Below, piece by piece: positions 52,511 to 64,000 of a stretch of 64,000 nt of DNA. Source of the stretch: a phage; assembly GCA_011839185.1 (NCBI GenBank), contig GCA_011839185.1_3918.1; one strand, written 5' to 3'. The notes under the pieces were generated by a model, which searched no databases, was not told where the DNA came from, and worked only from the letters and a program-made list of their open reading frames with translations. Positions within the stretch are counted from its first letter, which is position 1. The number at the start of each line of letters is the position of its first letter. The translations under genes were made by a program, and so were the position numbers.

Positions 52511-52992
52511 TGGTTAAAAGGGTTATTCACCCCGCTAGAGCAAAATTAGTCGGGGCTATGAAGAACTTGCAAACGGCTAATGCTCAAGTTGGGTATTTTC
52601 AAGAACAAGGTCAACATAGCTCTGGTTTTTCTTATCCTGCTTTAATGTATTTGCAAGAAGTTATTGGGGTTCCCTCAGCTTCTGGTAAAGTATATCGTAG
52701 GTTGTTTGAAATCACTATGATGCTAAACAGACAGACCTTGTTAGAGCAGACTAAGAAGAATCTATATAAGCAACTTAGCAGTCTCAACACAGACCCTTCA
52801 AATACCTTAGAAGCATTTGCAAAGAATGCTCAAAAGGCAATTAAAAGAGGTTTTGGTAATTCTGCTATACTCCCTCCTAACGCACCTTCCACAGTCAAGA
52901 AAAAAGGCTTTAATGCACCTCTTGTTGAGACAGGTGACTTAAGGGATAACCTTGCTTATAAAATTTCTACTAAGAAGGGTATTAAAAAATGA
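52510..52992 (+). CDS. hypothetical head-tail joining module protein
   Basis: ORF track 160 aa; start overlaps the upstream stop. Confidence 0.45.
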   Translation: MVKRVIHPARAKLVGAMKNLQTANAQVGYFQEQGQHSSGFSYPALMYLQEVIGVPSASGKVYRRLFEITMMLNRQTLLEQTKKNLYKQLSSLNTDPSNTLEAFAKNAQKAIKRGFGNSAILPPNAPSTVKKKGFNAPLVETGDLRDNLAYKISTKKGIKK

Positions 52993-53390
52993 GACTCTTA
53001 AACAGACACAGCTTTGTAGTAAAGCGCAAAGTCTCTGAAGATGGTTATTACAATGATGATGGTGATTGGGTAGCTTCACAAGATATTGTAGAGGTTAACT
53101 GTAAAGGTAATATCCAGCCATATATCAAAGGTTCTGTAAAGAATGGTACACAGATTGCTTTACCGGAAGGTATTAGACTAACCGATACAAGAATCCTGTA
53201 TACTACATATAAACTTAGAACTTCAGATGATGTAGAGTGGAATGAGTCTGACATTGTTATGATTGATGGTCATGAGTATGAAGTATTTATGACTATGGAT
53301 TGGTCACAGCAATTAGCCCATACGTCCCATTATGAATATATCATTATTAGAAGGGATAAAATGAATGCAGTTAGAAACAGCAGAACTTGA
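52989..53390 (+). CDS. hypothetical head-tail joining module protein
   Basis: ORF track 133 aa. Confidence 0.45.
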   Translation: MRLLNRHSFVVKRKVSEDGYYNDDGDWVASQDIVEVNCKGNIQPYIKGSVKNGTQIALPEGIRLTDTRILYTTYKLRTSDDVEWNESDIVMIDGHEYEVFMTMDWSQQLAHTSHYEYIIIRRDKMNAVRNSRT

Positions 53391-53964
53391 AAAAGGTCTA
53401 GTTAGAACCTTAGTGGATGTTATTGGTCACAGACTAGCTCGTGATAAAAATAATAGACCAAACGTAATTAGAGCTTACCCTTCTGATAACTCAAATGACA
53501 AAGGTTTAAAACCTGACCAGCCATTTATTACCGTATATTGTCAAGATGCTGCAACACCTTATGGTTGGGTTCTTGATAAGTTTGTTGAGGATGATGTAGT
53601 TTGCTATAGAATTGCTTTTCAAATTCCAGTATTAATTACGGTAAATGGTAAAGGTGCTCACAGTATTATGCTTGAGCTTAAACAACGATTAGAGATGAGT
53701 TCAGTCAGAGATTTAATTCTTGAAGAGACAGGAGCTACAGTACTAGACACTGGAGCAATCCCAAATGATTATACTTATCTCAATACAGATTTCGAAAATT
53801 CTGCGCCTCTTGTTGTAACTCTTGTAAAAAATTCAGTCCTGAAAGATGAACGTGGAAGTATTATTGAGCGTGTCATTGTTGATGGTGAGTTGGTTTATGA
53901 AGAAGGACAAGAGCCACCAGAATATACTATCCATCTAGATGTAGACTCCAAAGGGGTAAAATAA
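53365..53964 (+). CDS. hypothetical tail completion-type protein
   Basis: ORF track 199 aa. Confidence 0.45.
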   Translation: MQLETAELEKGLVRTLVDVIGHRLARDKNNRPNVIRAYPSDNSNDKGLKPDQPFITVYCQDAATPYGWVLDKFVEDDVVCYRIAFQIPVLITVNGKGAHSIMLELKQRLEMSSVRDLILEETGATVLDTGAIPNDYTYLNTDFENSAPLVVTLVKNSVLKDERGSIIERVIVDGELVYEEGQEPPEYTIHLDVDSKGVK

Positions 53965-55317
53965 ATGTGGAATCCAATTGTTAATGTAGATATTACATTG
54001 AACACCGCAGGAACTACAAGAGAAGGTTTTGGTTTACCACTATTCTTAGCTTCAACAGATAACTTTGAAGAAAGAGTACGTGGCTACACTTCCTTAACTG
54101 AAGTTGCTGAAGATTTCGATGAAAATTCTGCTGCATATAAGGCTGCTAAACAACTTTGGAGTCAGACTCCTAAAGTAACTCAGCTTTATATTGGTAGACG
54201 TGCTATGCAGTACACTGTATCAATTCCTGATGAGGTTGCTGAGAGCACCGACTATTCTTTAACTGTAGCTGTGAGCGGTGGAGTTTCTCAGCCATTCCAG
54301 TACACTTCACAGTCAGAAGATACTGCTGAGAAGGTGCTACAGCAGCTTAAAACTCAGATTGAAGCAGAACCTTCTGTAAAAGACCTTGTTACTGTCAATG
54401 TAACTGGTGCTGGCGGTTCAGCAACAATGGTAATCACCAAAGCTGGTGTCAACGACTTCGTGAAGGTTACTACTACAGCACAAACAGTGTCAATTGCAAG
54501 CACAACTGCTGACACAGCATCGACTGCTCTGGCAGCTATTGAAGCGTATTCAACTGACTGGTATTTCATTGCAGCAGAAGACAGAACTCAACAGTTTGTC
54601 TTAGCAATGGCTTCTGAGATTCAAGCTCGTAAGAAGATTTTCTTTACAGCTAACTCCGATGTAGCAGCACTGCAAGGTACAGAATTAGCGAGTGCAAATG
54701 ATGTTCCAGCACAGCTTGCTAAGAATCAGTACACTCGTACAGTTTGCTTGTGGCATCACACAGCAGCAGAAGACTATCCAGAAATGGCTTATATTGCTTA
54801 TGGTGCTCCGTATGATGCAGGTTCAATTGCTTGGGGTAACGCACAGTTAACTGGTGTAGCTGCTTCTCTACAGCCATCTAACCAGAGACCTCTGACAAGT
54901 ATTCAGAAGTCAGCTTTAGATGCACGTCACTGTAACTTTATTGACCTTGATGGTGGTGTTCCAGTGGTTCGTAGAGGGATTACTTCTGGTGGGGAATGGA
55001 TTGATATCGTCCGTGGTGTTGACTGGTTAGAATCAGACCTGAAAACTTCTCTGAGAGACTTGCTAATTAACCAGAAGGGTGGTAAGATTACTTATGATGA
55101 TACTGGTATTACCCGTATTCGTCAAGTCATTGAAACCTCTCTGCAAAGAGCAGTCAACAGAAACTTCCTGTCATCTTACACAGTTAATGTTCCTAAAGCC
55201 TCTCAAGTTGCTTTGGCAGACAAGAAAGCTCGTATCCTGAAAGATGTTACCTTCGCAGGTATCTTAGCAGGGGCTATCTTGGATGTTGACTTGAAAGGTA
55301 CAGTGGCTTACGAATAA
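53965..55317 (+). CDS. tail sheath protein
   Basis: 450 aa directly upstream of a ~150-aa tube-sized gene and the tape measure gene; by order and size. Confidence 0.55.
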   Translation: MWNPIVNVDITLNTAGTTREGFGLPLFLASTDNFEERVRGYTSLTEVAEDFDENSAAYKAAKQLWSQTPKVTQLYIGRRAMQYTVSIPDEVAESTDYSLTVAVSGGVSQPFQYTSQSEDTAEKVLQQLKTQIEAEPSVKDLVTVNVTGAGGSATMVITKAGVNDFVKVTTTAQTVSIASTTADTASTALAAIEAYSTDWYFIAAEDRTQQFVLAMASEIQARKKIFFTANSDVAALQGTELASANDVPAQLAKNQYTRTVCLWHHTAAEDYPEMAYIAYGAPYDAGSIAWGNAQLTGVAASLQPSNQRPLTSIQKSALDARHCNFIDLDGGVPVVRRGITSGGEWIDIVRGVDWLESDLKTSLRDLLINQKGGKITYDDTGITRIRQVIETSLQRAVNRNFLSSYTVNVPKASQVALADKKARILKDVTFAGILAGAILDVDLKGTVAYE

Positions 55318-55332
55318 TAGAGGTAAATTGGA

Positions 55333-55779
55333 ATGGCTATGTATCAGCAATATTCCCCTAAAGACGTTGTGTGTAGCTGGAATGGTATTGCCATTGAAGG
55401 CTTTGCCCCAGACTCATTCTTACGTCTACAGAGAACATCACCACTTGTGACACCAGTTGTAGGTGCGGGTGGTCAAGTTGCTCTGACAAGAAATGCAGAC
55501 AAGACAGGTACTATTGAGATTGAGCTAATGCAGACTTCTCTCTCTAACCAGATGCTTTCTGCAATTCAAGCTAAACAAGACAATATGGAACTTGAAGAAG
55601 ATATCTCTTCTAACTTCGTAATCTACGACCCATCAGGCTCTGTTCTGGCAACTGGTATTAATGCTTGGTTGCAGGAATTACCACAGATTGAACTTGGTCG
55701 TGACCAGAACTCTAAAACTTGGATTTTTGGTTGTGAGAAGCTAGACTACACTTCTACAATTCCAGCGTCAAGTGTTTAA
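55333..55779 (+). CDS. tail tube protein
   Basis: 148 aa after the sheath gene; followed by a strong terminator. Confidence 0.5.
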   Translation: MAMYQQYSPKDVVCSWNGIAIEGFAPDSFLRLQRTSPLVTPVVGAGGQVALTRNADKTGTIEIELMQTSLSNQMLSAIQAKQDNMELEEDISSNFVIYDPSGSVLATGINAWLQELPQIELGRDQNSKTWIFGCEKLDYTSTIPASSV

Positions 55780-55791
55780 TAAATCCTATAA

Positions 55792-55824
55792 GGGGGAGAC
55801 TTTAAAAGGTCTTCCCCTTTTTTG
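55792..55824 (+). terminator. rho-independent terminator
   Basis: GGGGAGAC-TTTAAAAG-GTCTTCCCC followed by TTTTTTG. Confidence 0.65.
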
Positions 55825-55852
55825 TTTCTTTTAAAAGTATTAAGGAATCACA

Positions 55853-56251
55853 ATGAAAACAGAATCTAGAGTAATTAATGGTAAGAAAGTAAATATCGTT
55901 CTGCTTGGGGCAAGAGATGGTATTAAGATGTCTATGAAGTTGGGTAAAATTGTTGTTCCAACCTTTGCACAGATGCTGTCAAGTCTGACTGATAAAGACA
56001 AGAAAGAAGCTCCAATGGTTCCATTTAAAGAACTTGTTGAAGCTTGTTTTGACAGAATTGAAGAAATTAACCTTGAAGAAATGGCTACATTACTATTTCA
56101 AGGGGCAACTGTTGATGACTTCCCACTTAATATTGATACATACTTCCAAGCAAACTACGGTGAATTTATTGATTACTTAGCATTTGCGCTGGAGGCAAAC
56201 TTCGGAAGTTTTTTCGAAGCAAGCATTTTCAAAAGCCTAACTTCTCAGTAA
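55853..56251 (+). CDS. tail assembly chaperone-like protein
   Basis: 132 aa upstream of the tape measure gene. Confidence 0.45.
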   Translation: MKTESRVINGKKVNIVLLGARDGIKMSMKLGKIVVPTFAQMLSSLTDKDKKEAPMVPFKELVEACFDRIEEINLEEMATLLFQGATVDDFPLNIDTYFQANYGEFIDYLAFALEANFGSFFEASIFKSLTSQ

Positions 56252-56253
56252 AC

Positions 56254-56492
56254 ATGGGTAACACTCTACAGACACCACTGACTGATGCTGCTGTAGAGGC
56301 AACCTATGAAGAAGCAGACGAGATGAAATTTGTGCTTGCTATTTATGGTATGGAAGGGTGTAAAGAAACACTTGACCAACTCTTTGCTATGACATTCTCT
56401 GATTTATTATCATTGAGACAATTTCTTGAGATTCAGAGGTCGTATAAAGAGGAAATTGCTTACAACGAACTTAGAAGAGCAGGAAAAATGTA

Positions 56493-56493
<1 letters not shown>
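56254..56493 (+). CDS. tail assembly chaperone-like protein (second ORF)
   Basis: 79 aa in the -1 frame relative to the preceding ORF. Confidence 0.4.
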
Positions 56494-61877
<5,384 letters not shown>

Positions 61878-61878
<1 letters not shown>

Positions 61879-63347
61879 TGGCAGGATTAACTACAACAGG
61901 ATTACAAACTCTAAGATATCAGGAAATTTTTGATAATATCAAATCAAGACTTCTTAGAGATATTTCACCAAACCTTGACGTCTCTGAAGATAGCCAATTA
62001 GGTCTCTTCCTAGCTTCAATTGCAAGGTCTTTAGCAGATACACACGAGATTCTATCAGAAATCTATGACGGCGGGACAATTGACAAGGCTGAAGGATTTA
62101 ACCTTGATGATATTACAGCTTTGAATGCTGTATACAGATATGTTGCTCAGGCAACAAGGGGTCAGGTTGAGTTCACTGGAACAACTGGTGCTACCATCTC
62201 TTCAACAACAAGATTGAGAAGTACTGCTGGAAATATCTTTTATCCAGTTAACAATATTACCCTTACCCCATCATATTGTGTTGAAGCTGTTCTTGAAGTT
62301 AACTCTTTACGAACTGATGCAGATTATGTTATTATTATTGATAACGTTATTTTCTCATATAAACCAACCTCATCAGACACAATTACCACACTCCTAACTA
62401 AATTAGCAGAGGCTATTAATGGTGGTATTGTAGCAAAAGCAGAAGTTATCAATGATGGAGCCGCATTAAGAGTCTATAAAGATGAGGGTGATATCATTGC
62501 AAGAACAAATCCTATGGTTGTCACTGCGACAACGTTTCTGACCTTTACAAAGATTACAACTATCTCAGATGTAGTAGCTGAAGAGGTTGGTGCTATTCCT
62601 GCTTTAGCTGGAACTCTTATTGAGATTGAGACAACTGTTGATGGTCTTGACAGCATCTATAACAGGTATGACTTAACGACTGGTAGAAACGAAGAAACTG
62701 ACACAGAACTTAGACAGAGATATTTAGAATCCTTAGCAGTTACTGGTGTAGGGACTTTGGATGCAATTGTAGCTGCTGTTAAAAGAGTTCAAGGTGTCTC
62801 AGATGCTTCAGGTGTTGAAAATGATACTGAAGAGACAAACTCAGAAGGTCTTCCACCAAAATCTTTTAAGATTGTTGTAGTTGGTGGTCAAAATGATAAT
62901 GTTGCTCAAGCAATCTGGGATACAAAACCTGCTGGTATCAGGGCTTATGGCTCAATTTTTGGTACAGCCTATGATTTAGGTGGTCTGGCACATAATATCT
63001 ATTTTAGCAGACCAACACCAAAATACGCATTTGTTAAGGTGTCTTACTCATTATATGACGAAGAAAGTTTGACAATCCCTGAAGAAGATATCAGAGATAG
63101 TATTGTGCAAGGTATTAACGCCTACGGAAGAACTCTTAAGGTTGGTAATGATGTTATCCCTAACAGAATTTATGGGTACATCTATGACGTAATCAAAGGT
63201 ATTGAGATTAATGAGGTGAAAGTAGCATTATCAAACAGCCAATCAGTTCCACCTAGTGACGGACAATATACTACAGCAAGAATTACTGTTGACGGTGACC
63301 AATATACTGTTTGGGAAAGTAGCCAGTATACCATCACTAAGGAGTAA
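61878..63347 (+). CDS. putative baseplate J-like protein
   Basis: 489 aa; by position and size only. Confidence 0.4.
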
Positions 63348-63350
63348 TAA

Positions 63351-64000
63351 TGTTTGAAAAGATTGATAGTGTTTATTATAAAACACTTGATGAAAGGACT
63401 GTAACACAGTTTAAAGATAAATTTATCTATACAAGTATCTTGAAAGCAATCACTGATGAGCTACAAACACTAGAGGATGTTTGCTGGCAGATGCACACAG
63501 AGAGAAATATCAGGACGTCAGTAGGTCAACAACTTGATAATATTGGCTCACTGATTAAAGTTCCTAGACCTTTAGGTGCTGATGATGAAACATACAGAGC
63601 TATGCTTTATATCCAAATCTTCCTAAGACGTTCTGATACTACTCCAACATTCTTGCAAAAAGCAATTATGACATTGTATGGTGCAGCTTTCTCTCAGATT
63701 TTTGAGCATATTACTCCTAAGACTGGTGGTATCGTTATCCGTATTAATACTAGAAAAAGCGTTCTTGATGCTGCATATACACTGTCAAAGATTTCTGCAA
63801 CAACCACTGGTTCCGCTGTTATCTTAAGAGATGTTACTTTAAATGGGACTGCTTGGACACCTGTAGAGGTTGCTGATTCATCACTTGCTATTGTTGATGA
63901 TAAAGAGAACTGGTTTGTAACTGATGCTAACAGGGGTCTGGTAACAAATAACACTGGTGGCTCTCTGGAGTCCAACCTAGTAGGGAGTCTTGCAGATGCT
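63351..64000 (+). CDS. putative tail fiber or baseplate protein (3' end beyond the window)
   Basis: ATG at 63351 behind AGGAG; open to the window end with no stop; not in the ORF track because incomplete. Confidence 0.45.

Overview
The window reads as a segment of a large lytic tailed-phage genome (about 39% GC by eye), with a gene content and order that I think resembles Felix O1-like myoviruses; this is an inference I could not confirm by search. Everything below is manual reading of the sequence and ORF track; no tRNA scanner, HMM or homology search was run, so tRNA coordinates and anticodons are hand-parsed and may be off by a few bases. Layout, left to right: (1) 1-21 kb, + strand: nucleotide-metabolism and early genes, including aerobic and anaerobic ribonucleotide reductases (nrdA, nrdB, nrdD, nrdG, a glutaredoxin-like protein), a PRPP-synthetase-like plus NAMPT-like pair, rIIA/rIIB-like genes, a lytic-transglycosylase-like protein, a spanin-like gene pair and a macro-domain-like protein. 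(2) 21.1-27.7 kb: 16 small ORFs, most preceded by one of two families of near-identical promoter-hairpin-RBS cassettes. (3) 27.7-29.35 kb: a 1.6 kb ORF-free, repeat-dense region between converging transcription units, containing a helically phased array of TGTTA words. (4) 29.35-36.75 kb, - strand: 17 genes including a GH24 endolysin and an Ig-like-domain protein with a paralogous neighbour. (5) 36.98-38.85 kb: a 471-aa vWA-domain protein directly upstream of the tRNA array. (6) 39.0-44.8 kb: about 27 tRNA genes interleaved with an HNH endonuclease gene, three other ORFs and several non-tRNA structured elements. (7) 45-64 kb: structural module (large terminase, portal, prohead protease/scaffold, major capsid, sheath, tube, tape measure, baseplate). 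The most interesting candidate is a possible Ro60/Rsr-like protein plus Y-RNA-like elements: the vWA protein sits next to a family of hairpins with a conserved bulged closing stem, one of which encloses a circularly permuted tRNA-like module. The protein assignment rests on domain architecture only and needs HMM and covariance-model testing.
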